Made by a program: the position numbers and the translations under genes. 64,000 bases of DNA. Origin: Rhina ancylostomus. Taxonomy: Eukaryota. This document shows, piece by piece, positions 1-14,133 of the stretch. The stretch lies in NCBI GenBank assembly GCA_030265395.1, contig JARFYF010000112.1:69139837-69203836 (forward strand), read 5' to 3'. The notes beneath the pieces are model-generated. The model did no database searches. It was given only the letters and a program-made list of their open reading frames with translations, and had not been told where the DNA came from. The stretch's first letter is position 1. Each line of letters begins with the position of its first letter.

Positions 1-3000
1 AATGGTGAAAGCAAAGATTTCAGGATTCTGATGTAGCAATGATAAAAGAAAGGCAAAAGATCTCCAAGTGATACAATAATTAATGAGTTAAAGTGGTCCC
101 ATACACTTACTGCACTAGTTTTGCTTTACTATGAAGACCACAAGGGAGAAAGTTAAAGTCACTTGGGCAATTCATTGCCAGATCATACAGAGTAGAGTCA
201 CATGTCTAGCAATTTAATCACTTCTTTTTAGCAATATCAAATAGAACATAGATNNNNNNNNNNATTTTTCTTTCTGGAACAAAATGTGATAACTACTATA
301 TCTTGGTCAGTTCACATCTCTTCAGATGTCCAACCAGTCCTTCAGAGAGTGAAACACCCTTGTGCTTCTGAGAACTAAGTATTGATGTCATTCCCCATGC
401 AGCGGTCCTTTTGGAGCATTGGGCAGGAACTTTCCTGGTATCTGGCTCTCCCAGGATAAGCTGGTTTTCTTCAGGTAGTGTCATTCTGCCAGTTAAACTA
501 CTCACTCAGCTTTCACTTTTTGGCCCCCAACCACAACCTGCAGTGTATNNNNNNNNNNNNNNNNNNNNNNNNNNNNNNNNNNNNNNNNNNNNNNNNNNNN
601 NNNNNNNNNNNNNNNNNNNNNNNNNNNNNNNNNNTCCCTACTGGCCTGATCTTTAACATAATCCTGTCCCCCACTTCCCCCTGAGATTCACAGCAGAGGT
701 ACTTGGTGTCTCTCAGACCATCCAACACTATTACTATCTCCGATACCCACCTCGCCCTTTCCACATCGATCATCACGTTGTCACAGCACGGTCCTGATCA
801 GCTGGCAGCTATTCCATACCCCTAAACCTGACCTGGGAACAAACTAACAGGTGCTAGTCTCTCAATCCCAAAGCACACAATGCTTATTCAGTTCTGCAAT
901 TAAAATTTGCATCAGGTGATTGGGGATGTGGGGAAAACTGATCTGGTCATTGCCCTGCACCTTACACTGCAATGCCACTTTATTTTGGATGCATTGGAAC
1001 TATGCCTCAGTATATCATACATTCTCCACATAAAAATACAACAAAGTAGTTGCTAAACACAGGCCACAGGTAGGAACAGTAATGCAAATCCAAAAGAAAA
1101 TACCAGTTTTTATCAAGATCCTCAAAGACATTTTGAAATAACAGTTGCACTAATCTTCGCTTACACGGAGGAAGTAAAAACTAGCTCAGATTTTGGAATG
1201 TGAATTGTATTAACTTCAAAGAGATCTTGAGGAAAACATCACTCCTGCTTCAGGCTGAAAGGAAATTGAACAACCCCAATAGTTGAAGAGTCTGTTCATG
1301 TTCAAAGCAGAGCAATTTCCTCTTGGCATCCTATACTGGTCCAAATTTATAGCACAGCCAGGCAGAACTGAACTGAAAAGAGCTGATATTAGATTTGCTG
1401 ACTATAACTCAGGAAATGGATTTAGGAGGGAGCTCAAAACCTTGCTGGTTTCTGATATGTCAGTATTGAAATCAACTAACTATGCTGAGACAATTGAGTT
1501 CATTTTTGATAGTTGTTTGCACCACAAGATAAAAAGCCACATAATTTTCTTCCTTTTATTGACTGTTCTTCTTGTGAACTCATACTAGACTCAGAGATTA
1601 AGGTCCGATGTGTCACAGCCTGCAATTTAATCAAGGGTTATGAATGGTTTATGTCTACAAAATATTATATGAATCCTATTGCCAGACATTCTATTAGCTG
1701 CAATGCCACCACCAGTACAACAATGACAATACAGCATGAAAATTCCATACATAGTTCTCATAATAAATGTAGTCATTGGAATTAATAATAGGAATACAAA
1801 ATATGAAATTTATCCACAACTCTGTAATGCCACTGCAACTGAAGACTAAAACCGGTCTGTATTCTTCTGTTTCCAGACCAATTTCCTTGGGTTGGGGTCA
1901 ACTTGGATTCACAGAGACAACCAACCGGGATTTCCCCCATCAAACTGGAGCCTACCAAAACTCAGCTACATTATTTTTTGTCAGTGCTGCAAGATCAATG
2001 GCCATTTAATTAAAGGAGAAGCAGCCCAGGAAAGAGCAGCAGGCCTATTGCCTTGCAAGCTTTGAAAGAGACTACACCACACCAGTTGTAGGTGATTACT
2101 TATATGAAGGGAGATGAGTTAACTATAAGATCTTCTCCATGTGGGTCATGGAGCAATGATTGCTACTTCTTGGAGACTGATACCACTTTCCTTGGGAACT
2201 GGAGGTGAATAGATCCTAAAGGAAGGAAAGTCTAACCATTTTCAGGGCTGGAATGCCTTTTCCCAAGTAACTGTTGAAGCAGAAACCAATGTAAAGAATA
2301 GATGCATAGCTGGATCTGAAACTAATGGATATTGATGGGGAAGAAACCCAGATAATGCATTTAATTTAGATTTCTCTGAAAAGAACAAAAAATGTTTCTT
2401 TTTACAAACTTGACCATGTACAACAGTGTAACACAAACACTTTTCACTTAAAGGAACTCTGTTAGTTGGGGCTATTGTGAAGTATACATTACTCCTGTCA
2501 GAAAAATAGGAAGGATTTGTTCAACTAAGAACTGTAGCAAATTGGTCAAACCAGTGATGTGGGCTATTTTTTTAATGTGCCTTCCAATGAAACTGGGTGC
2601 TTTGGATCTGAAAGTACATTAAAATTCAAGAAAAAAACTTGATGTAGTTACAGAATATATCAGCAATGTCTGTTAGTGGAGCAATGACACTTCATTCCAG
2701 GTTTCTTGGGTAGACATTGGCCATTCTCACACCACAATGCTAACTGTGTATCTATCTCAGTGAAAATGAGGAGCTGAGAAAATTCCAGTTGGTTTCCTCA
2801 AGTACTTTACTCTAAATTGCTTTCAATACTTTTGCTCTATTAATTTGGTTCTAAATTTTCAGTTCACTGGTGTCTTTTTGTATCTTTGGGCCACGATTTT
2901 GTTTTGATATAGAGTAGCTTGATGGGCAATAATGTTTTCAGAACATGGGTGCACATTTTCCCAGTTAGTGCTCTTCTAGTACTTGACTGTTGTATTTCAT

Positions 3001-5089
3001 TGTCATCATTATACAAGCAGTGGATTGAGCTGAATAAGCAGTGCTTTTCAAAGAGTTCATTGGGAGAACAACTTATTTGTTATGATCAATGATGTTGACA
3101 GATTATGATGTAAATAACTAACTATACTGCAGTCTATATTTTTGTTTCAATGAATCACACAAATTTGAACAATAGTTTAATTTGTTCTAATTGGCCTGGC
3201 CTTGTGATAGTTTCTATCTTTTGAACTGATGCAGGTAATGGACATCCTTGATGTTCTCTAGTAAGCAATGTATATGATTCATGTTACTAAATAGGGTTGT
3301 GCTACACCAACATTACAACAGAGATTAAAACCCACAGTTTTTTTTTGTATGTGAAGAAAGCTAAGAGCAAACCTATTCCACAACCAATAACTCCACAAAC
3401 CAGTTTCTGTGCTCTATAACATTATGAATGAATTGTCAGCAATTCACCTGGTTTGTCACCAAATGACACTCTCTCGTGAGTCCCAGTTCTAAACCTGGGA
3501 AATTAAAAAAAATAGAAATGATCTCTCTTAACTAGTTGGCCACTTGTACTTTTCCTCTAGTCATGCAGAATTATAAAAAAAACTAACGGAAGAATAACTG
3601 GAAATATTTTTAAAGGCTGTACAATAAACACATTTTCAACAAGACCAAATAAAATCCCCATGGCTGTTTAATCCTTTGATTAGACTCACTTCAAAGAGAT
3701 CAATGAGAATATCATCCTACATTCTTAATACAAGTAACTGTGCAGATAAGCAGCCAGTGCTGATAAAGTGTCAGTGCTTTGCCTTTCTTTGCCTCAGGGA
3801 CTTCAGACATATCGACTGTAGAACAACTGGAGCTACTGGAGGTACAGCAGCGAAGGGGACAGTGACCTGGTTTTTACTGAATAAATATCTAGAGCCTTGG
3901 ATGATTGATTTGGGGATATGCATTCACACCCTTGTGTGACAGCTGGGGAATTTAAATTGATTTACATATTTGCAATTTTAAAAATTGGTAATAGTAATAA
4001 AACAGAAAAAGCTCAGTAACCCCTTGGAGAGAAAAATAAAATTTGTGATGAGAGGACATTGACCTAAGATGATAACTCTGTTTCTATCTCCATGGATTCC
4101 AGCATTTTGTTTATTTCATTTCATAATTCCAGCAGTATTTGACTCTTAACTGCTTTAAAATGTCCAAGCAGTCCTCTCTGTTTCAGAACAATTGGGGATG
4201 GATAATAAATGCTGACTCAGCCAGTGACACACCTATCTTATAAATGAATAAAGGAGAAATTAGTTTACATGAATAATGTGAAATAGTCCTTTGGAAAATC
4301 TGGTTTACTTTAATTTTTACTCTAAATTTCTACTGCATTGATATCACTGCAAAAGGTAATTGGCTACAGTGCAAAATGGGCTGCTTATTCACTAATGTAT
4401 TTTGTGCTAACGTTTTCACACATTATCCTTTCAAGGATCCATATGCTACCTAATGTTATTGTGGATAGTCAGTGGAATTGCCACTTTGTAGCACAGTCTG
4501 CTCATTTCTCTTGAAAAGCATAGCCCTGGCTGTAATACTTCCTCCTCTCAGACTGAAGGGATTAGGCAAACAACTAACTGGTAACAAATGGAACTGTACT
4601 CCAGTGCAGTTATCTCCAAGAAATGAGCTCTTCTGTGAAAAGGGCTGTTGCAAATTAATAGTATGCAAGATATTTGTAGGCAGGGCTAAGTAGACAATCC
4701 AAAATACTTCTGAGGATCACTCGTTAAAACATGGGCATCCTGAACTTGCTGAGAGCTTTTTGCTACTGTCATTCCAAATGTGCTCCTATATTGGACTTCT
4801 TATGGAACCTGCTGATAGCGTGTCAACCTTCTGCAGTTTCCAAGCACAAATTATGAAATCTGAATGCTGAGCCTGTGCCAAGTCAGTTCCATTGCAGGGC
4901 AGCAATTATTGATTGTTCATGTTTTATTTTAATTCTTGTTTCAATCATGTTTTAATTTTGATTCATGTAGCTTTCAGAATTCATTTAATTGGATGATTTT
5001 TAAATAGTTTTTTTTAAGTATTTTCCATGTTCATGAATATTTGTTATGTAAGAGACAGGCTCAGATATTCAAATCCTTTTGACAATCAA

Positions 5090-5215
5090 TGTGTTCTGAT
5101 GCAAGGTCTTGACCCAACACATCCCCCCAAGGATGCTGCTCGACCTGCTGAGTACCTCCAGCAGTTTGATTTTTTTGCTCCAAACTCCAGCAGCTGTGGT
5201 GTCTTAGGTCTCTGT
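5090..5215 (+). repeat. Penelope-like terminus copy
   Basis: ctgatgcaaggtcttgaccc...gatgctgctcgacctgctgagtacctccagca. Confidence 0.65.
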
Positions 5216-6204
5216 CTTGACGATCAATAAACCTGGGGGTGGAGCTTTCAAAGCCCTTCTGCAGGATGCACCTTGACCAACTGTCAAAACCCTTCTGGGG
5301 TGCAGCTTTACTGGCTATCAATGCAGGTACTATGGTGGAGCTTGCAAAGGAAAGACCCTGAGCTCCTCATGGCTTTGTCAATCAGGATCTGGCCTCAGAA
5401 CAAGCTCAAGGGGCATAGGGGTGAGATGAGTGCCAGTAGCTCAATGCTGACTGAGAGTTGTTCCAGACTAAATCATCCTACAGTTCAGGGACGCTAAGGG
5501 TGGGATGTTGTGCACCACCTTTAAATTATCTTACAAGACTTGCTCTTNNNNNNNNNNNNNNNNNNNNNNNNNNNNNNNNNNNNNNNNNNNNNNNNTATCA
5601 TCAATCCATCCAATCAGATATGAAGTATGTTGCAGCTCTTGGGACTCAATACTGAACTCAGCCTTTCCTGCTGTGTTGAGATGTGCTACCATTGTAAATA
5701 TGTAATTCTGCAAAGTTACCAGTTAAATTACTGTCCATTTCTGTTGTGAAATCACCCACCTTCAATATTCATAGTCTTTCTCACTCTACCTGATCTGCTG
5801 AGTACTTTTAATTCAGATATCCAGCAAACAGTGTTCTGCATCTCATCATTTCAGCATTTTGTTGTTTGTTTGTTTGTTTCTTTCTAACCAGCTTCATTCA
5901 TCTCCCTGTATTCACACCTCCAGACAGATCAGCCATGACTAAAAACATTTAGAAAGGCACATGGATAGGAAAAGTTCAGAGGGATATAGGCCAAACATAG
6001 GCAAGTGGTTCTAGCTTAGAATGGCATGGACAAGTTAGACCAAATGGCTGTGTAACTTTATGACTCCACGACTGCCTATGGAATGGCATGGAAAGCAATT
6101 ATGTCAACTGGAAAACCGTGGTCTCTATCCTATCATAAATATTCACTTTATTATCTCCACTGCTCTCTGTCTCTGCAACTTGAAAACAAAGAAAACAAAT
6201 ACTT

Positions 6205-6315
6205 GTTCAGTTCTGATGAACAGTTAATAACCTAAAATGTTAACTCTCTTTCGCTCTCCACATATGCTGCCTGGTCTGCTGAGTATCTACAGCATTTTCT
6301 GTTTTTATTTCAGAA
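6205..6315 (+). repeat. Penelope-like terminus copy
   Basis: cagttCTGATGAacagttaataacctAAAAtgttaactc...atgctgcctggtctgctgagtat..agcattttctg. Confidence 0.65.
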
Positions 6316-7434
6316 GAGACTCTAATCTGCATTGGGGAGACTCAAAATCAGCTCAAAATTGCACAATTTCAATTTCAAAGCATCTTTTTTCTCCCCAAAA
6401 CTGCTTGCCAGAAAACAAAACCTATCATGTTGGAATAATTACCAGGATCCCAAGTGACCTCTTCATACTCAACATCCAGTGTGCTTCTCCTCATTCAGTT
6501 CCAATTTGCTCCTACCTACACTATTTACCTCATAACTACTGTCATCAGCAAGACTTGATAAACAACAGTCTAATCAATTCATCCATACCATTGATAGACA
6601 TGGTGAAAACTGGAAGTCCCAGTGGAGATCACTGGATCAAAGCACTTGTGGTATTCTACCAAAAGACATTCCTTTTGGCCTTTTCTCTATCTTCTATTTC
6701 CCCATCAGTCAACAGCTCACGATTGCCTCCAATTCCTTTTATTTTTGGAATTACTTTGTGTGAACTACATCAAATGCCTTTTGGATGTCCATATGAATAA
6801 CATCTACGCCTATCCATAAAGCTGTTAATTTCCTTAAAGACCGACATTGTATAGGGAAAGGAATAGAAAGAGATGGTGTACTTATTGGCCCTGAACCAAA
6901 GTAGTCAGTTACTTTTTGAGATTAACAATCCTGGGGTTTGTTTTTGGTCCCAGAAGTTTAGACACCTTTGCACATTATTTATAAGGTCTCATTTAGGAGT
7001 GATGAAAAGATTTGCCCTGTCACTCATCTAACAATACAAGACTGCCACCAGAATTTCTCGGCTACTCCAACATTCAATGAGATCTACAACATAGGCTCAA
7101 GTAAACAACCTTTTGCTCATTGTACACAGGTTTTAAGGTAAGCAATTCACTAAACCTTGAGAAAATACTGAAGCTCAAATGCTGAAGCTATACATTGTTA
7201 ATATGCCACTAAAATGGGTGACCCAAATAGAACAGGTATTGCCTGTTATATAAAAAAAGTAGTTCTCTGTGTGCAAAATATTTACCTCCACTGAATGTCT
7301 AATGTGACATCCCACCATAAGTGCTTCATGCAAGGTTCAAAATAAACTGTGATGACAGGACAATTTTCTACACACAAAGGTGACCGATATGAGGAATGGA
7401 TATTTTCTTCTTGTGTTGTCCCTTGGAATTGAGG

Positions 7435-8300
7435 ATAACCTGCTATCACTCTGTTTCTGTGGGTTGAGGTGACTGATGAGACCACAGCTGAAGCTGCAAG
7501 GTCTACTACAGATGGTTGCAGGAGGTGTCTGGCCCAGCAGCTAGGTGGGTTGTTTGTGAGATGGTGTGAACGTGACATCATTTACACTGGACTTCTGTGT
7601 GCTCCCACTGTATGGACTTGACGTTCTCAGTGCCATCCCAAATGCTCCTTCCACCATTTTAGTGGCATGGGCCAGAGATTCCCAGGGGTCAACAGAGATG
7701 TTGCATTTTTTCAAGAAGGTACAGAGAACATTTTTGTATCCATTCCTCTGTCTGCTAGTTAATTTCTTCCCAAGACAGAGCTTGGAATAAAGTGTCAAGA
7801 GATTGGTGTCGAATATGCAAACGATATGGCCTGCCCAATGTGATTAAATGAATGTAATTAATTGGGGCATCAAAGCTGAAGATATTGGCATGGGATAGGT
7901 TACTCATCCAGTAGATTTAGAGGATTTTGCAAAGGCAGCATTGGTGATATCCCTCCAGTGCCCTAAGGTGGCTGCAGTAGGCAGTCTGAGCCTCAGAAGT
8001 ACNNNNNNNNNNATTGAAGGCCAGGGCTCAGTGCTGTGATAGACCGTGAGTTTTGTTTTAGGTTTGATTAGCATAATAAATATGCTTTTCCTCATTTGGC
8101 CCAAGGATATTCAGGTGCATTAAAGACAAAAATGAATTTATCATCAATGACTGACTTGGCTGAGAGGTGTCTCCTTGATTACAGAAAGTGGTCCACATCT
8201 CCTGAGTCTCACCTTGAATCATATTGTCAGAGGACAATGTTGTTCAGTATGGATGGGTTGGTGAAAGACCTTTATTTTGTGGATATTGTGTGTCAAGATA
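7435..8300 (-). mobile_element. Decayed RTE-clade LINE, 3' portion
   Basis: LYSKLCLGK...RQRNGYKNVL..FLKKCNI..DPWESLA, KTKLTVY and a zinc-knuckle-like tail are typical of the RTE ORF C-terminus. Confidence 0.7.
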
Positions 8301-10819
8301 CAACCAAATATAATGTGGCTTATTTTTAAGGTGAAGAGAAGTAATTGCTCTAAATAACCACATGAAGTGATTAATTAGAGGCCATTTTATCTTGGGTAAA
8401 TCCTGAAATCATTGTGGGTTAATTGAGCTTGAACAGAAACATCAAGATGCTGACTATGTATTTAATACAAGAGAAAATTAGTATAAGTCATCAGCATGGC
8501 TGCATGCAGAATAAGATGGGTCAGGCTGCAGCCTTCCTATGCCAGCTACGTTTAAAGAACTCTTGGCACCTTAATTGGTTAGAATAGAATGACCCCATTC
8601 AACATGCAGCCTTTAGAAATGTTGTTAAAATAGCTCTACACAGAAGGTGGCTCTGCTTGAGCCTGGGCTACTCATTAATAAAGCTATAACAGCACAGACA
8701 GTGTGACACTTCATGTCACCTTCACCTTTGATCCAAATGTAGGGGTTATGAGGAAGTAATTGTTTAGCACATATGAAGGTGCAAATGAGTGATGTCATTT
8801 TAATAAATGGACAGCAAAACCTTTTTGGGTTCCTTGCTTTAAACTTGGTACACCATCATCGAGGAAGAATGTGTGGAGGTTTGCTAACTGGTGACCTTTG
8901 TACGTTCTTGGGCATGTCCATTTTCTTTCATGTTACCACATTACAGTACTGCTCTTGTGAGCCATTGAANNNNNNNNNNAATGGATTTACTATCAAATGG
9001 CAAGTACTGTGCCAGCACAACGTTTCTTAACAGTTGCGTTTTCACACGATCACAAAAATGGAATGGTTGTCCGAGGCACTTTGTGAGAACTTGTTTGCTC
9101 TCACAATGCTCTTTCATTTGTGATTTATAGAGCAAGTTGTACATAACAAAGACAAAGAGGCAGTGGACAAATCTGTTCTTAAACATTTTTTTTAATTAAG
9201 TGGACAAGAAATTACTTATATCCCCAAACAACAAAGAGAAACAGATAATTATCACTTAAGGATATCCTGAAGTGCTTCAAAACAAATGAAGTACATTTTG
9301 AAAGGTATCAACTGCAGTAATAGCGGAAACTTGCTGTCAATTTGTGGGTAGCAAGCTCCCATTAACAGCAATGCAATAGTTCTTGGAGAACCTTTTTAGT
9401 AGTTTTGACTGAGATAAATATTGCTCAGGCTACCACCAATAACATAGCTGCTCTTTTTTGAGGAGTCCTAAACCTGGACCTAACTTTCTTTTCCAAAATG
9501 CTCTGACTGAAAACAAAGCCTTGACTTCATGTGTTCAATTTCCTCCAGATTAATACAAGAATTGCAAATTTATTTTTTAAAGGCAACTCAGAGCCACTCT
9601 TGGCATTTGAGTTTCCTATAATTCCTATAATTCTTTGAACTAAAAATACTTTACCTTTAAAAGACCGAGGCATTTTACATATAACAAAATTGTCTGGATT
9701 TCAAGAAGTCAAAATAAATGGGTAAACAGCATCCATTAATACAATAGGTAGAGGGATGTCAAATGCACATTTTAAATGTTTGTAAGTTGTTAGAGGCAAC
9801 AGTAATTCCTAACCAATGGTGCCCTTTTGAACCTGTCAGAAAATTTATTTTCTTCTTGAGGGGAAAGAAATCATTTCAGACTGTGGTCATTAAAAAATAA
9901 CATTCACAATGATACGGTTTCTAGGATCAAAGAAAGCATGACCAATGTTGTTATGGTTCCTCTGATCTTCTCCAGAACCTTCAAATATAGATCTATGCCT
10001 ATAGCAATGTAGTGTTAATAACTTGGACCAAACTGAAGGGAACAAGCTTCCTCAGCAGTTCTTTTTTAATACAGACGCTCAGCTCATTGGGCCTATTCAT
10101 GGCTCCTTATCACTAGCAGGGGGGAAAATTGCATATTGCAGGAATCTTTGAACATTATTTGTGCGCTTACTGCTGGCACTTAAGATCTCATTATGGCATG
10201 CTGTATATCAGGCACCATGTCAGATATAGGCCTGCAAAATGCATCAGCACTTTAAGCACCTGTCATTGTATCATTGTCTGTATCTGCAGACTGGTAGCAG
10301 CAAGAACAAATGAGATTTCATATTTTTTGCTCTTCACCAGTAATGTTGTAACTGAGCAACCAGTACATAAAGTCAAAGAGCTTCAAAGTTTTGATTTGCT
10401 GAGGTCTTTTTTTGGCTTGCTTCTCTTATTTTTCTTCCCCTTTGTGAGTGGATTATTTTGTTTTTCTCTCTCCAATACTGTTTAACCTTTGACATGAATT
10501 AGCAAGATGAAAGGAAGGCTGCTGCAGAGTGGCAACTGGATTCAGGTGTTCAAGACATACTCTGCCCAGCTGCAGTCAGAGGTGACCAGACCCATTTTGT
10601 CTGGGAGGTACTACAGGCAGAGAATCCACCTTTCGAGATGCAGAGTGACAACAGACACAAATAAAGAGTCAAGGTCTCACCATCCATTACATTGGATGGC
10701 TCTGCAGAAGACCAACAATCACAGCTAGATGACCAAAGAAGAACAACTATTTTGCCAAAAATGGTACCGGTCATATCAAGTTAATCACAAATCTTTGATG
10801 GCAGGGCAAGGTTTTGACA

Positions 10820-11390
10820 CTAAACAAAAAAAGGAAGTCATGCTAAAATGTTGCACATCTCTGGTGAAGTCTCAGTTGGAGCATTCGTGTAACAAAACTG
10901 TGCACCATAGTTTAAGGAGGATGTCCAGTCTTGGAGAAGACATAGAGCAGGTTTACTAGGATGATACCAGGTATATGGGCTCCAGTTATGTGAAGACTGC
11001 AAAAGCTGGAATTGCTAAGCTTAGAGAAGGGTTAAAGGGAGATCAAATATAGGCAAAATTATTCAAAATTACAATAGGTTTTGATCGATGGAGTAAGTAG
11101 GGAAAGACAATGTCCTCTGAAAGTTGAAGCTAAGTCAGTAATCAGAAATCACAGATTAAAGGTAATTGATGAAAGATTTGGATTGGAAATTGAGGCCAAA
11201 TTTACTTTACATAGAGGATTGTTAAGATCTGGAATGCACTACCTGAAAGAATGTTGGGAGTAGTCTATATCAGAGAAACTATTGGGTTTGTACTTGAAGA
11301 GGACTAATTTGAGCAGTAATGTGGAAAAGGTTAACATGTGGGCTTTCAAAGAGCTAGGAAAGGCACAATAGACCATCCTTCTAGCCTACA
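10820..11390 (+). mobile_element. Decayed CR1 LINE 3' fragment
   Basis: SLVKSQLEH, NHRLKVI..RF and LLRSG/WNALP-like segments in ORFs 10729 and 11081. Confidence 0.65.
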
Positions 11391-13189
11391 TGACTCCTAT
11401 CTTGGCAATGGGTCTGTGGAACTGGGTTTGGGTCAGCACTATGCTGGCTATTGCAGGTTAGTTTACCTTTTCTTACCACATATTAAGCCTCTGCTCCATT
11501 GTGCCACTTACCTTCAAATTCTCACCTTCAATGTTACCTTTAATCCTTTTAAAGTTCACAGAGGCAAAGCTAGTAGTGATACCACTAGCTAATTGGAAGG
11601 TTAAATCGTGCCATTTCCATTGTGGAAAAGAAAACTGAACACAATGTAAAACAGGCTGTTAATTTGCAATTATGTTTTCCCACTGGCATTGATCAATTTT
11701 ATTTTCAAGTGTTAGCATCACAGCGAAGTTTCCCATTTTAGCAGGATGTAGGTAACACATGGTTACTAATGATAATCTTTTCTTAGATGTTTCCTGCATC
11801 TACCTTATGTCATGCAAACTACTATATTGTATCTGCAATAGCTTTCTACTAATTTATATAATTCCCCATGGGTAGACATGATCTGTATACTAAGTTTACA
11901 CGCCTGGCATTGAATTCATGTACCAGGATGGTTCTAACAATAAATAGATGGTCTTTTATATATAAAGAAAACAAGTGGGCAAGTGTAGTAGTCCTCAACT
12001 GTTGATGATAACATCCTCAATGAGCATCAAATACAGTCTTCATGGTTTTGACTCGAAGAACATTTCAGATTGACGTGGCTCTCTGGCTATTTCCATGGCT
12101 TCTCTCAGAATTAATGTTGGTAACAATGCTGCTCAAGAAACAGTTAAAAGAAATCCAAAAAATTCCCAATTAGTCACTGTGAGCCTCAAAACACTAGAAA
12201 GTGGTTAGAGGCAGCTAACTGTCTAAATGGGTCTAAGATTGACAGTCTCACACTTATGTAGACCGTTTGTTCAAAACAAAACTCATGTGCACTAGATTAA
12301 TTTAATTACCTTGAGCAGAAAAGGTTCAGGAGACATGCAAATTGATGTGCACAGAATTCAGGAATATTTTAACTAAGTTGATAGGCAGGAGGAGTCATAA
12401 CTAGAGGACTCAAATTTTGAGATAATTGCCAAAAAATTCCTAGCAGATGATAAGGTTTTTTTTGAAACATGAAATTAGTTTTTAATTACTTGGAAGGGTA
12501 GTGAAAATAGATCCATTAATACTGTCCAAAAGGAAATTGGATATATATGAGTAAAGGAAAATATTGCAGAACTAGGGGCCAAGGGCAGTGTGTCGGACTA
12601 ATTGAATAGTCTTTCAGAGATCTGGCACAGACACAATCAGCTGAATAGCCTTATTTTTTAAACTACAGTTCTATAGATAAGTAGGCAGTTTATTTTGAAT
12701 GTAAGATTTCATTTACTGCAATGAGTTTTTAATGATGTTGGTCAATGCAGGAATGTTGATTGGGATAAGAGCAAACACCCATCAAGTAGGATCAAGAGAT
12801 TTTTAACTTCCATCTAATCTACTGAAACAGGATGACAGGGTATGAATTTGACATGTTATCTGACAGACATCACCATTAACAATGCAGAGCTCCACATGAT
12901 TCCATGCATTTTTAACGAATCAAGGAAAGAGATATCAGAGACATTATCACACATTTCTAATAATAAGAAAAAGCTGTTGCACAAGCAGATTGGCAGATAA
13001 GTCCTGTTATGGCTGAACTTGAGGAGGTTAGATATGTCCAGCAAACTGTAGCCCAGTCTGCATAATATTTTGTATTGGGAAATAAAATGAAATCATGACA
13101 AATGAAGAAATGAGGAGTAAAATCTGGACACCATAAAGAAATTAAATGTATATGGATTTTTGCCTAATCTCATTGCACCTTTGGAAGGA

Positions 13190-13715
13190 GTACATAGAAC
13201 AGTACAGCACAATGCAGGCCCTTCAGCCCACAATGTTATGCTGACCTTTAAACCTTGCCTAAGACTTCCTCCCACATATCCCTCTATTTTAAATTCCTCC
13301 ATATCTTTATCTAGTAATCCCTTGAATTTGACCAATGTACCTGCCTCCACCACCGCTCCAGGCAGCGCATTCCATGACCCAACCACTCTCTGGGTAAAAA
13401 ACCTTCCTCTGATTTCTCCCTTGAACTTCCCACTCATTACTTTAAAGCCATGCCCTCTTGTATTGAGCATTGGTGCCCTGGGAAAGAGGCGCTNNNNNNN
13501 NNNNNNNNNNNNNNNNNNNNNNNNNNNNNNNNNNNNNNNNNNNNNNNNNNNNNNNNNNNNNNNNNNNNNNNNNNNNNNNNNNNNNNNNNNNNNTCCCTTG
13601 AACTTCCCACTCATTACTTTAAAGCCATGCCCTCTTGTATTGAGCATTGGTGCCCTGGGAAAGAGGTGCTTGCTGTCCACTCTATCTATTCCTCTTAATA
13701 TGTTGTACACCTCTA
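13190..13715 (-). mobile_element. CR1 LINE 3' end (relatively young), interrupted by an assembly gap
   Basis: YNILRGIDRVD..LFP...TRGHGFKV..GKF....RGRFFTQRVVGSWNALP...FK..LD is the CR1 ORF2 C-terminus, followed by a 3' UTR ending near 13190. Confidence 0.88.
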
Positions 13716-13850
13716 ATTGGATTGGAGTAATCCAGTAAGAATACTTAAATTTAAAAAAAAACTGTAGTCAAATACCAGATTAATGAAATATGTAGAGCCT
13801 GGGAGAAGTAATAGAATAAATAGCAGCTACAAGATAGAAATAAAACAGAA

Positions 13851-14133
13851 ACCATATGGATGACCATTTGGAGAAGGAGGAGGTGAGAACTAGGGCCCAC
13901 AAGTATAGGCATTAGGAACACAGTTATTCATAATTTATGTTAACAATTTAATGATAGTAATACAGAATGAATTTTCAAACCTATGTTAGGAGCACCTGTG
14001 TCCCTGGCTTAAATGTACTAACATAGAGTCTACGGAGATGCATCTTACAAGACCAGATACAACATGACAACCAACAGCAAAACTATCTCACGAGGATCTC
14101 TAGAGTTAAAGATGAAACCCTTATGAAGGTGGT
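13851..14133 (+). repeat. Diverged direct repeat, copy 1 (partner 15940-16219)
   Basis: Colinear shared blocks: accatat.gatgac, gagaaggagga..tgagaa, gcccacaagtat, ttaacaattta, tagtaatacagaat, cctgtgtc.ctggctta.atgtacta, caagaccagata, ggatctc, gttaaaga, cccttatg. Confidence 0.8.

Noticed and set aside
6237-6800. 187-aa ORF
   Set aside because: No recognisable domain; overlaps a Penelope terminus and decayed LINE-like sequence.
13425-13668. Apparent tandem duplication of ~70 bp in the CR1 fragment (RAPMLNTRGHGFKVMSGKFKG twice)
   Set aside because: The copies are identical and sit either side of a 100-N gap: overlapping contig ends, an assembly artefact.
13160-13738. 192-aa plus-strand ORF
   Set aside because: Antisense shadow of the CR1 3' end, spanning a gap.
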